Below the pieces are notes generated by a model. It was not told where the DNA came from and did not search any database. It saw only the letters and a list, made by a program, of their open reading frames with translations. Shown here piece by piece: positions 1 to 8,051 of a DNA stretch of 11,555 bases. The stretch comes from an uncultured Candidatus Actinomarina sp. (GTDB lineage: Bacteria; Actinomycetota; Acidimicrobiia; Actinomarinales; Actinomarinaceae). The position numbers were made by a program, and so were the translations under genes. The stretch is from contig CACPJC010000010.1 in assembly GCA_902634185.1 (NCBI GenBank), forward strand, positions 1-11,555, given 5' to 3'. Position 1 is the stretch's first letter; the number at the start of each line of letters is the position of its first letter.

Positions 1-279
1 TTTACCTAAAGGGCTAGCAATACTTGTTTTATAATTTTCCCCATAATTAAAACTGATAATAATACAAGATTTTGCCCACTTAAATTTATCTCCTAACCCA
101 GAATAATCAGGATTAGAAAAGGTAAATTTCATGTCAGCATGTTTGTTTTCATTTTTGACGTGTTTTATTTCCTCTGATTTATTAACAAGTGAAGGCAAAC
201 TCACAGTTGATACACTCATATATTCGGGAACATCAATATTGTGTTTATTTAAATAATTAATTAAATTTATGTCTTTCAT
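1..279 (-). CDS. queG: Probable epoxyqueuosine reductase QueG, N-terminal part (runs off the left edge)
   Basis: Not in the ORF track. ATG at 279 on the minus strand, 93 codons with no stop to position 1: MKDINLINYLNKHNIDVPEYMSVSTVSLPSLVNKSEEIKHVKNENKHADMKFTFSNPDYSGLGDKFKWAKSCIIISFNYGENYKTSIASPLGK. 'HADMKFTFSNP...AKSCIIISFNY' resembles the QueG N-terminal pattern (HaxMxf..nP...akSviv...nY). The diagnostic Fe-S motifs would lie outside the window. Confidence 0.55.
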   Translation of the reverse strand, partial: MKDINLINYLNKHNIDVPEYMSVSTVSLPSLVNKSEEIKHVKNENKHADMKFTFSNPDYSGLGDKFKWAKSCIIISFNYGENYKTSIASPLGK

Positions 280-291
280 TTTTATAAGGTT

Positions 292-303
292 TAACTATAG
301 TTA
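292..303. promoter_or_regulatory. Candidate bidirectional promoter core (12-bp palindrome giving a TATAGT -10 hexamer on both strands)
   Basis: TAACTATAGTTA is a perfect palindrome in the 30-bp gap between divergent ATGs at 279 (-) and 310 (+). TATAGT lies at 296-301 (+) and 299-294 (-). No convincing -35 box. Confidence 0.45.
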
Positions 304-309
304 TTCATA

Positions 310-360
310 ATGAAAAAAAGTGTAAATTTAATTTCTTTACTAGTATTAGTGCTTATGTAG
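310..360 (+). CDS. ilv/leu operon leader (attenuator) peptide, 16 aa MKKSVNLISLLVLVLM
   Basis: ATG AAA AAA AGT GTA AAT TTA ATT TCT TTA CTA GTA TTA GTG CTT ATG TAG. 9 of 16 codons are branched-chain (5 Leu, 3 Val, 1 Ile), including the run LLVLVL. It sits directly upstream of a terminator and ilvB. Confidence 0.88.
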   Translation: MKKSVNLISLLVLVLM

Positions 361-411
361 CGCTCATTTACTAGTATTGAGCGCCTCCCCAAAATAGGGA
401 GGTTTTTTTTT
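338..411 (+). promoter_or_regulatory. Ribosome-mediated transcription attenuator (alternative 1:2, 2:3 and 3:4 hairpins)
   Basis: 1:2 = TACTAGTA(338-345)/TACTAGTA(369-376) plus AGTGCT(348-353)/AGCGCT(359-364, one G-U pair). 2:3 = GCGCTCA(360-366)/TGAGCGC(378-384). 3:4 = CCTCCC(384-389)/GGGAGG(397-402) followed by T9. 1:2 and 2:3 are mutually exclusive, and 2:3 overlaps the base of 3:4. Confidence 0.8.
384..411 (+). terminator. Rho-independent terminator of the attenuator
   Basis: 6-bp GC-rich stem CCTCCC/GGGAGG, 7-nt loop CAAAATA, then nine T (403-411), 12 nt upstream of the ilvB ATG. Confidence 0.88.
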
Positions 412-423
412 GAAAGAAATGAT

Positions 424-2136
424 ATGAGTGAAGAAAAATTAAGTGGAGCTGAACTTGTCGTAAGAAGTTTAGAGTACATGAATATATCAACTATTTTTGG
501 TTTACCTGGTGGTGCAATATTACCTGCCTATGATCCGCTATATGACAGTCCAATAAGACATATCTTGGCCAGACATGAACAAGGGTCTGGACATATGGCA
601 GAGGGATATGCACAAGCAACGGGTGAATTAGGAGTTGTAATTGCTACTTCTGGCCCAGGTGCAACTAACTTAATTACCCCACTTACAAATGCACTGATGG
701 ACTCTACTCCTCTTCTAGCAATAACTGGTCAGGTAGCTTCCGAAGCAATTGGTAATGACGCTTTCCAGGAAGCGTACACTGTTGGATTAACTATGGCTGC
801 AACAAAACATAACTACTTGATAACTAGTGCAGAAGAGATACCACAAGTGTTACTTGAAGCAAAACATATTGCTACGACTGGAAGACCTGGCCCTGTTCTT
901 GTTGATATACCAAAAGACATATTAAATCAAAAAGTTGAATGGATTGAGCCTAAATTAATAGAAATGCCAGGTTACAAGCCAACATTAGAACCAAATCCAA
1001 AAATGATTAGTCAAGCGTCTGAATTAATAAAACAATCAAAAAAACCAATTCTTTATGTAGGTGGCGGAATTATTCATTCCAAAGCAAATCAAGAGCTATT
1101 TGAACTGGCAACGAAATTTAAAATTCCAGTTGTAACAACATTGATGGGAAGAGGTGCATTCCCAGATGGAAATGAACTATGTTTTGAAATGCCTGGAATG
1201 CATGGTAACTATACAGCGACTACATCAATTCAAAAATCAGACCTCTTAATTGCTATTGGTGTGAGGTTTGATGACAGAGTAACTGCAAATCCAAAATTCT
1301 TTGCTCAAAATGCAAAAGTCATTCATGCAGATATTGATCCTGCAGAAATTGGAAAGATTAGAGAGCCTGAAGTTCCAATAGTTGGAGATGCAAAAAGTGT
1401 AATAACTGGATTAATTGAAAAATTAGCTGATACTGATTTAAATACATCAGATTGGCTTGATGAACTAAATCAAATGAAAAAGGAATATCCTCTTTCATAT
1501 AATCAAGAAGAAAAAGGGCCTTTAAAAGTTCCTTTTGTACTAGAAGAGTTACAAAAACTAGCCGACGATGATGCAATTGTTGTTTCAGGGGTTGGTCAAC
1601 ATCAAATGTGGATATCACAACATTGGAATTTTACGTCCCCCAATACCTGGTTAAATTCTGGTGGTTTAGGAACAATGGGTTATTCCTTACCTGCAGCTAT
1701 TGGTGCAAAAGCAGCCTATCCAGATCGTCAAATTTTAGCTTTAGATGGTGATGGATGTTTCCAAATGACATGTCAAGAATTGATCACTGCTTCAACTGAA
1801 AATATTCCTATAAAAATTGTTGTCTTTAACAATGGAAATCATGGAATGGTTAGACAATGGCAAAAAATATTTTATAAAAATAGATTCTCTGCATCAGAAT
1901 TAACACACCATACACCTGATTATGTTGCCCTTGCAGAATCAATGGGGGCTACAGGGTTAAGAATGATTGAAAAATCTGATGTAAAAAAAGTTTTTGAAAA
2001 AATGTTAGAAATTGATGACAAACCTGTTCTTGTAGAGTGCATAGTTGATCCAGAAGATATGGTTTTCCCTATGGTTCCAGCGGGAGGAAGTAACGATGTT
2101 GTTATTCTAAATGAGGATGATCTAAAGAAATTATGA
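424..2136 (+). CDS. ilvB: Acetolactate synthase (AHAS) large catalytic subunit
   Basis: 570 aa. FGLPGGAILP, RHEQG (catalytic Glu), TSGPGATN, MPGMHG, RFDDRVT, GVGQHQMW, SGGLGTMG, ThDP motif GDGCFQMT...NN, GMVRQWQ. Confidence 0.97.
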   Translation: MSEEKLSGAELVVRSLEYMNISTIFGLPGGAILPAYDPLYDSPIRHILARHEQGSGHMAEGYAQATGELGVVIATSGPGATNLITPLTNALMDSTPLLAITGQVASEAIGNDAFQEAYTVGLTMAATKHNYLITSAEEIPQVLLEAKHIATTGRPGPVLVDIPKDILNQKVEWIEPKLIEMPGYKPTLEPNPKMISQASELIKQSKKPILYVGGGIIHSKANQELFELATKFKIPVVTTLMGRGAFPDGNELCFEMPGMHGNYTATTSIQKSDLLIAIGVRFDDRVTANPKFFAQNAKVIHADIDPAEIGKIREPEVPIVGDAKSVITGLIEKLADTDLNTSDWLDELNQMKKEYPLSYNQEEKGPLKVPFVLEELQKLADDDAIVVSGVGQHQMWISQHWNFTSPNTWLNSGGLGTMGYSLPAAIGAKAAYPDRQILALDGDGCFQMTCQELITASTENIPIKIVVFNNGNHGMVRQWQKIFYKNRFSASELTHHTPDYVALAESMGATGLRMIEKSDVKKVFEKMLEIDDKPVLVECIVDPEDMVFPMVPAGGSNDVVILNEDDLKKL

Positions 2137-2606
2137 GTGAGAGAATATTAAGCGTACTCGTTGAAGATAAACCAGGTGTATTAGCTCGAGTTGCCTCAAC
2201 GATATCTAGAAGAGGGTTTAATATAAACTCTTTAGCAGTAGGACCAACAAATATTGAAGGTAGATCAAAAATGACAATTGTTACTGAACTTGAATCAGTT
2301 GAACAAGTGAAAAAACAGTTAAACAAATTAATTAATGTAATAAAGATTGTTGAACTTGACCCTGATAATACTATTGAATCTGAGGTCCTTTTATTAAAGG
2401 TTTCAATAAACAAAGATACTCAAACTTCTGTGATTGAAAAAGCATCCTTATCAGGAGCAAAATCAGTAGATGTCGGACAAGACTATGCCGTTTTTGAAAT
2501 GACTGGTTCTTCAAAAGACCTTGATAAGTTAGAAAATTTATTGAAGCCATTCGGGATAATTGAAATGATTAGAGGTGGCAGAATAGCCATACAAACAAAA
2601 TTATAG
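2133..2606 (+). CDS. ilvN: Acetolactate synthase small regulatory subunit
   Basis: 157 aa. ACT domain [39 protein letters not shown]-terminal [14 protein letters not shown] overlap with ilvB. Confidence 0.96.
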   Translation: MSERILSVLVEDKPGVLARVASTISRRGFNINSLAVGPTNIEGRSKMTIVTELESVEQVKKQLNKLINVIKIVELDPDNTIESEVLLLKVSINKDTQTSVIEKASLSGAKSVDVGQDYAVFEMTGSSKDLDKLENLLKPFGIIEMIRGGRIAIQTKL

Positions 2607-2610
2607 GAGA
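2605..2610 (+). promoter_or_regulatory. Shine-Dalgarno site of ilvC
   Basis: AGGAGA just upstream of the ATG at 2615. It is the only clear SD in front of a gene in the window. Confidence 0.6.
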
Positions 2611-2614
2611 AGTT

Positions 2615-3631
2615 ATGTCAGCAAAAATTATATATGATGACTCAATTGATGTTGAGCTTATTAAATCAAAAAAAGTTAGTGTAATTGGATTTGGTAGTCA
2701 AGGCCATGCGCATGCTTTGAATCTACATGATTCAGGTGTTGATGTAACAGTTGGTCTAAGAGAGGAATCAAATTCTTTCGAAAGGGCAAAAAAAATGGGT
2801 TTAAAAGTAGAAAATCTTGAGAATGCTACAAAGGATGCAGACGTCGTAATGCTTTTATTGCCTGATCAACTTATGGCGGATGTATATGAAAAAGATATAG
2901 CCCCCTTTATGAAAGAGAGCTCGACATTGTTTTTTGCACATGGATTTAATATACATTTTGGTGAGATTGTACCTCGTGAAGATATTTCAATAGCAATGAT
3001 TGCTCCTAAAGGTCCAGGCCATTTATTGAGAAGAACTTATGAAGAAGGATCTGGTATGCCTTGTTTAGTCGCGGTCGAAAAAGATTTAAATGACAACACA
3101 AAAGATTTGGCCTTATCTTATGCGTCGGCAATAGGTGGAGGAAGAGCAGGAGTATTAAACACAACATTTAAAGAAGAAACTGAAACAGATTTATTTGGTG
3201 AGCAAGTTGTTTTATGTGGTGGTTTGACTGAATTGATACGTAATGGATTTGAAACATTAGTGGAAGCTGGATATCAACCTGAAAGTGCTTATTTTGAAAC
3301 ATTACATGAAGTCAAGCTGATAGTAGACCTAATGTATGAAGGTGGGTTTGAATGGATGAGACACTCCATATCAGATACAGCAGAGTATGGTGACTTCTCA
3401 AGAGGCTCAAGAATAATTACAGATGAAACTAAGAAGGAAATGAAAAAAGTGTTGGAAGAAATTCAATCTGGAGCTTTTGCAAAAGAATGGATGTCTCAAG
3501 CTCGTGAAGGTTCTCCCTATCTTAAACAAGAACGTGAAAAAGCATCAAACCATCAAATTGAAAATATTGGTAAAGAATTAAGAAATATGATGCCTTTTTT
3601 AGATGCTAAAGATATCAAAAAAGATATATGA
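2615..3631 (+). CDS. ilvC: Ketol-acid reductoisomerase (class I, short)
   Basis: 338 aa. [69 protein letters not shown]. Confidence 0.98.
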   Translation: MSAKIIYDDSIDVELIKSKKVSVIGFGSQGHAHALNLHDSGVDVTVGLREESNSFERAKKMGLKVENLENATKDADVVMLLLPDQLMADVYEKDIAPFMKESSTLFFAHGFNIHFGEIVPREDISIAMIAPKGPGHLLRRTYEEGSGMPCLVAVEKDLNDNTKDLALSYASAIGGGRAGVLNTTFKEETETDLFGEQVVLCGGLTELIRNGFETLVEAGYQPESAYFETLHEVKLIVDLMYEGGFEWMRHSISDTAEYGDFSRGSRIITDETKKEMKKVLEEIQSGAFAKEWMSQAREGSPYLKQEREKASNHQIENIGKELRNMMPFLDAKDIKKDI

Positions 3632-5118
3632 GTTCTGACCAGTTAATTATTTTTGACACCACCTTGAGAGATGGTGAACAAAGCCCAGGAATTGCTCTTA
3701 CGCCGTCTGAAAAACTCCTAATTGCTCAACAATTAGAGAAACTAAAAGTTGATGTTATAGAAGCTGGTTTTGCTGCTTCCTCCCCCGGGGATTGGGAAGG
3801 AGTCAATCTCATTGCAAATAATATCGAAAATTCTACTATTGCCTCTCTAGCTAGGTGTGTTCAAGAAGATATTGAACAAGCTCATGAAGCAATAAAAGTT
3901 GCAAAGAAATCAAGAATACACGTATTTACCTCTACTTCTGATATTCACATGGAACACATGCTCAGAAAAACAAAAGAAGAAGTCTTGAAAGATGCTAAGG
4001 AGTCGGTAAGATTTGCCAAGAAACTTTGTGATGATATCGAGTTTTCAGCGCAAGATGCAACAAGAACAGACCATGATTTTTTAATAGAGATATTAAAGGT
4101 TGCTGTTGAAGAAGGCGCAACCACAATAAATGTTCCTGACACTGTTGGGTATGCGACACCTAGTGATTATCTTGGGCTATTGAAAAAAGTTTACAGTGAA
4201 GTCAGAGGAAAAAATGAGGATGTAATCATCTCGACACATTGTCACAATGACTTAGGGCTTGCAGTTGCAAACTCATTAACAGCTATAAATGCTGGAGCGA
4301 GACAAATTGAAGGTGCGATAAATGGAATTGGAGAAAGAGCAGGTAATACATCAACAGAAGAAATAATCATGGCAGTCAAAACCAGACAGGATCAATATGG
4401 AGTTGAAATAAATGCTGAAACTACAGAAATTTCAGAAACGTCGAGACTTGTATCAAAACTAACTGGATACCCAGTTCAATACAACAAAGCAGTCGTAGGA
4501 AGAAATGCATTTAGTCATGAATCAGGAATACATCAGCATGGTTATTTAAGAAATACAATGACATATGAAATTATGACTCCTGATTCAGTTGGACAAGAGT
4601 CTAAAATAGTACTTGGTAAACATTCTGGTAGAGCTGGTTTTAAAGACGCTTTAGAAAAACTTGAAATTGATATTGATGAAGAAACATTCAATATAAGCTT
4701 TGAAAAATTTAAAAAGTTAGCAGATAGAAAGGGTGAAATTGTTGAAAATGAACTTCGAGCAATTATTGGTCAAGTTGAAATCAATGAAGCACCAGTGAAG
4801 CTTGTATCTGTATCAGTAAACAGTAAGGACCAATTTGCATCAGCAAAAATTACTTTAAGTGTTAATGGTGAAAATAAAACACAAGAAGCTGAAGGTGATG
4901 GAATGATTCATGCAGCATTCAAAGCTTTAAAAGAAATATTACAGTCTGAGGCTGTATTAATAGACTACAGAGTTGAGAGTATAACTAAAGGAGCTGATGC
5001 TACAGCTGAAATTGTAACTATTATAAATGATGGACACAATCTTAAACAAGGAAGAGCTGTATCAACTGATGTGGTACAGGGTTCAGTTGAATCTTTTTTG
5101 AATGCATTGAATAGGTAA
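3628..5118 (+). CDS. leuA: 2-isopropylmalate synthase
   Basis: 496 aa. [58 protein letters not shown], plus a C-terminal regulatory domain. ATGA overlap with ilvC. Confidence 0.95.
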   Translation: MSSDQLIIFDTTLRDGEQSPGIALTPSEKLLIAQQLEKLKVDVIEAGFAASSPGDWEGVNLIANNIENSTIASLARCVQEDIEQAHEAIKVAKKSRIHVFTSTSDIHMEHMLRKTKEEVLKDAKESVRFAKKLCDDIEFSAQDATRTDHDFLIEILKVAVEEGATTINVPDTVGYATPSDYLGLLKKVYSEVRGKNEDVIISTHCHNDLGLAVANSLTAINAGARQIEGAINGIGERAGNTSTEEIIMAVKTRQDQYGVEINAETTEISETSRLVSKLTGYPVQYNKAVVGRNAFSHESGIHQHGYLRNTMTYEIMTPDSVGQESKIVLGKHSGRAGFKDALEKLEIDIDEETFNISFEKFKKLADRKGEIVENELRAIIGQVEINEAPVKLVSVSVNSKDQFASAKITLSVNGENKTQEAEGDGMIHAAFKALKEILQSEAVLIDYRVESITKGADATAEIVTIINDGHNLKQGRAVSTDVVQGSVESFLNALNR

Positions 5119-5119
5119 T

Positions 5120-6184
5120 ATGAAAAAATATAAGATATCAATTATTGGTGGAGATGGTACTGGACCAGAAGTTGTTGATGAAACAATTAAAGTTTTGGAG
5201 CATACAAAATCAAAATTTAATGTTGAATTTGATTTTGTTGAAAATGATTTAGGTGGAGATAGGTATTTAAAATCTGGAGATCTAGTAACAGACTTAGACA
5301 TCGAACAACTTGGTAATAGTGACTCAATACTTTTAGGAGCTATAGGACATCCAGACGTTAAACCTGGAATTCTTGAACAAGGAATTCTTTTGAAATTACG
5401 TAAAGAATTTGACCAGTACATAAATCTTAGACCAGTTGTTTTATACGAAGGTGTTGAAACGCCACTAGCAAATAAAACACCAGATGATATCAATTTTGTT
5501 GTTGTGCGTGAAAATACAGAAGGTTTATACGCTGGTGCCGGTGGCTACATTCACTATGGAACAGATAAAGAAGTAGCAACTCAAGAATCTATAAACACAC
5601 GTAGCGCTATACAAAGATGTATTGAGTATGCTTTTGAATTTACAAGTAAAAATAATAGAAAAAAAATAACACTCTGTGCTAAAACAAATGTTTTGACATA
5701 TGCTCATGATTTATGGGAAAGAGTGTTCTATGAAGTTGCAGAAAAATATCCAGATATAGAAACGGACTATGGCCACGTTGATGCAGTTTGTATGTGGATG
5801 GTAAAAAATCCAGAGTGGTTTGACGTGATAGTAACAGATAATATGTTTGGAGATATTATCACAGACTTGGGTGCAATGATACAAGGAGGAATGGGTATCG
5901 CTGCAGGCGGTAACATTAATCCAAATGGAGTTTCAATGTTCGAGCCAATTGGAGGATCGGCTCCAAAATACACAGGTAAAAATGTGATAAATCCCCTTGC
6001 CTGCATTGCTGCTGCTTCAATGATGCTTGATGTATTAGGTGAAAAAGAATATGCCAATGAAATAGAAAAATCAATTATAAAAACTGCTCAGAATCTTGAC
6101 TCTCTATCTGCCGGAAAAATGGGTATGAGTACCTCAGAGGTCGGAGACATAGTAAAAGAATTTATCTTGACTAATGGAGAATGA
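5120..6184 (+). CDS. leuB: 3-isopropylmalate dehydrogenase (actinobacterial/short type)
   Basis: 354 aa. GDGTGPEV, LLGAIG, NLRP, VVRENTEGLYAGAGG, KTNVL, DNMFGDIITDL, SMFEPIGGSAP. Follows leuA after 1 bp. Confidence 0.92.
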   Translation: MKKYKISIIGGDGTGPEVVDETIKVLEHTKSKFNVEFDFVENDLGGDRYLKSGDLVTDLDIEQLGNSDSILLGAIGHPDVKPGILEQGILLKLRKEFDQYINLRPVVLYEGVETPLANKTPDDINFVVVRENTEGLYAGAGGYIHYGTDKEVATQESINTRSAIQRCIEYAFEFTSKNNRKKITLCAKTNVLTYAHDLWERVFYEVAEKYPDIETDYGHVDAVCMWMVKNPEWFDVIVTDNMFGDIITDLGAMIQGGMGIAAGGNINPNGVSMFEPIGGSAPKYTGKNVINPLACIAAASMMLDVLGEKEYANEIEKSIIKTAQNLDSLSAGKMGMSTSEVGDIVKEFILTNGE

Positions 6185-6779
6185 AAAAACTTATCTCCAA
6201 AATTTAATACTAAATAGAAGAATCGTCAGAAACTACATTGATTCAGACAAGCCCTATCCCGACCTATCTGAAATATCAAAACTGACAATAAAAATTCCAA
6301 CTGCTGGTTTTTCAAGAGGGATAGAAATTATCTCAGTAGAAGACAAAAAAAATATTCAAAAATTAGCAATTTTTGCAAATGAAAAAAATTACTTAGATAA
6401 AGGATTTAGTAAATGGATATCCAATTCAAAAGCAATTTTTTTAATTTTGATAAACGAAGAAGCTTATCATGAAAGATATAAAATGATGGATAAAGAAAAT
6501 GAAACTAACTCTACAAATTGGAGTGTCCCATATTGGTATGTTGATGCTGGGGCTGCAATGATGAACTGTATGTTATTAATCGATGAGACTGGATTGAAGA
6601 GTGGATTTTTAGGTTCACATAATATGGATATACCTAATATCAAGTCTCTATTACATATTCCAGAAGAAATAAACATATTAGGCTTTGTAACAGCAGGTAT
6701 TGAAGATTCTTCGAAAATGGTTAAAAAAAATAAAATTTACAAGAAAAAACTAGTGCATAAAGAAAAGTATGAAAAATAA
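6174..6779 (+). CDS. Nitroreductase-family FMN-binding protein
   Basis: 201 aa. N-terminal RRIVRNY (RRSxRxY/F), PTAGFSRG (PSAG), WSVPYWYVDAG, GLKSGFLG. Overlaps leuB by 11 nt. Confidence 0.82.
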   Translation: MENEKTYLQNLILNRRIVRNYIDSDKPYPDLSEISKLTIKIPTAGFSRGIEIISVEDKKNIQKLAIFANEKNYLDKGFSKWISNSKAIFLILINEEAYHERYKMMDKENETNSTNWSVPYWYVDAGAAMMNCMLLIDETGLKSGFLGSHNMDIPNIKSLLHIPEEINILGFVTAGIEDSSKMVKKNKIYKKKLVHKEKYEK

Positions 6780-7563
6780 GGAGATATCTTCGCTTACAAA
6801 TCCTGAGCTTAAATTTTTAATCTCATTAAGGAAAAATAAAATAAGAAGATTGGAGAAGAAATCTCTAGCTGAAGGTTATCGAGAAAATATCCAACTTATT
6901 AACTCAGATTATGATATTGATACGCTTTATATATGTAATGAGTTATTTGTGGGAGAAAATAATTCTGAATTAATAGAGAAATTTATAAATAAAAATGTAA
7001 GGATAGTTGAGTTAACAAAAAAAGTCTTTAGTGCATTATCATATCGTGACAAGCCTGACGGATTAATCTCTTTATTCTTTACAAAAGATTTAAATATTGA
7101 AAATGTTGATTTATCTGGACCAGTGTTGGTTGCAGATGCCATTGAGAAACCTGGAAACCTTGGAACAATGATTCGAACTGCAAGAGCATTCAATTTCCTT
7201 AATATAATATCGTCAGATGGAGTTACGGATATTTACAATCCGAATGTAGTAAGAGCCTCAATTGGTCATATTTTTAACATAAATCTATTCTCAGAAAAAT
7301 CAGAAAAAATTGCTACAATTTTAAAAAATTTAAATTACGAAATCATTTCATTAGATCCATATTCAAAAAAAAGTATAAAATCTTATAAAACAAATATTAA
7401 TTACGCATTAGTGATTGGGTCAGAGCAGTATGGTATATCCGATATATGGAAGGAGAATGCAACAGAAATGCTAAAAATTGATTCAGAAATTCAAGTTGAT
7501 TCTCTAAATGCATCAGGAGCTGCGGCAATTGGAATGTGGGAGCTTTATAAAAACCATGACTGA
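6769..7563 (+). CDS. TrmH/SpoU-family RNA 2'-O-methyltransferase with N-terminal substrate-binding domain
   Basis: 264 aa. ISSLTNP start and SPOUT motifs EKPGNLGTMIRTA, VVRASIG, VIGSEQYGIS, DSLNAS. Confidence 0.9.
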   Translation: MKNKEISSLTNPELKFLISLRKNKIRRLEKKSLAEGYRENIQLINSDYDIDTLYICNELFVGENNSELIEKFINKNVRIVELTKKVFSALSYRDKPDGLISLFFTKDLNIENVDLSGPVLVADAIEKPGNLGTMIRTARAFNFLNIISSDGVTDIYNPNVVRASIGHIFNINLFSEKSEKIATILKNLNYEIISLDPYSKKSIKSYKTNINYALVIGSEQYGISDIWKENATEMLKIDSEIQVDSLNASGAAAIGMWELYKNHD

Positions 7564-8047
7564 AAAATTATGTATATTGGATATCGAAACAACAGGTTTT
7601 GAACCAGAGAATTCTGAAATATTGGAACTCTACATTCTTAAAGTTGCTGCTAATGAAATTATCGATGAATTTTATAGCTTGTTTAAACCAAATCAAAAAA
7701 TAGAAAATTCTAATATCCATGGAATCACTGATGAGAAGGTTGAAAACGCACCTACTTTTCAAGAAATGGATAATGAGATAACTAATTTTGTAGAAGATAC
7801 AATCTTGGTTGGGCACAACATAAACTACTTTGACTTGAAATTTCTAAATTATTATCTGCAAAAACCATTAAAAAATAAAACAATCGATACTGTTCAATTA
7901 AGTAGAAAAAAACTTAATAAAAAAGTTAAAAATCACAAATTGATAACAATCGCGGAGTACTTTGATGTATCTAAACCAACGCATTCCGCAAAGGATGATG
8001 TAATTACAACTTTTGAAATTTATAAAAAACTATCGTCAATAGAATAA
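7556..8047 (+). CDS. Stand-alone DEDDh 3'-5' exonuclease (DnaQ/PolC-exo-like)
   Basis: Exo I LDIETTG, Exo II VGHNINYFD, Exo III HSAKDD, also IHGIT. The start is more likely ATG 7556 (MTEKLCILDIETTG, 163 aa, 8-nt overlap with the TrmH gene) than the track's 7508. Confidence 0.88.
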   Translation: MTEKLCILDIETTGFEPENSEILELYILKVAANEIIDEFYSLFKPNQKIENSNIHGITDEKVENAPTFQEMDNEITNFVEDTILVGHNINYFDLKFLNYYLQKPLKNKTIDTVQLSRKKLNKKVKNHKLITIAEYFDVSKPTHSAKDDVITTFEIYKKLSSIE

Positions 8048-8051
8048 AATC

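Noticed and set aside
397-402. GGGAGG in the terminator 3' arm as a sequestered ilvB Shine-Dalgarno (translational attenuation)
   Set aside because: It is 21 nt from the ilvB ATG, too far for an SD. The following T9 tract fits a terminator role.
419-427. Mini-ORF ATG ATA TGA (Met-Ile-stop) overlapping the ilvB start
   Set aside because: An Ile codon here is suggestive, but such a two-codon ORF is expected by chance in AT-rich DNA and has no supporting signal.
291-479. 62-aa minus-strand ORF across the leader and ilvB start
   Set aside because: Antisense to the attenuator and ilvB, with no recognisable motif; a shadow ORF.
6723-6730. Poly-A tracts (e.g. A8 here and at 10431-10438) as phase-variation or frameshift sites
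   Set aside because: Reading frames are intact and such runs are common as Lys/Asn codons in this AT-rich sequence.
7508-7555. Longer N-terminus for the exonuclease as given in the ORF track
   Set aside because: It would overlap the TrmH gene's conserved C-terminal motif by 56 nt. ATG 7556 puts Exo I at the usual N-terminal position.
6769-7563. TrmH protein as TrmL (tRNA-Leu wobble methylase) feeding back on the Leu attenuator
   Set aside because: TrmL is a single SPOUT domain of about 160 aa. This protein is 264 aa with an N-terminal recognition domain typical of rRNA-type methylases.
1358-7816. Minus-strand ORFs at 1358-1618, 2102-2413, 3945-4142, 5083-5493, 5525-5707, 5767-6057, 6467-6676, 6927-7193 and 7568-7816
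   Set aside because: All lie antisense to well-supported genes and show no protein motifs.
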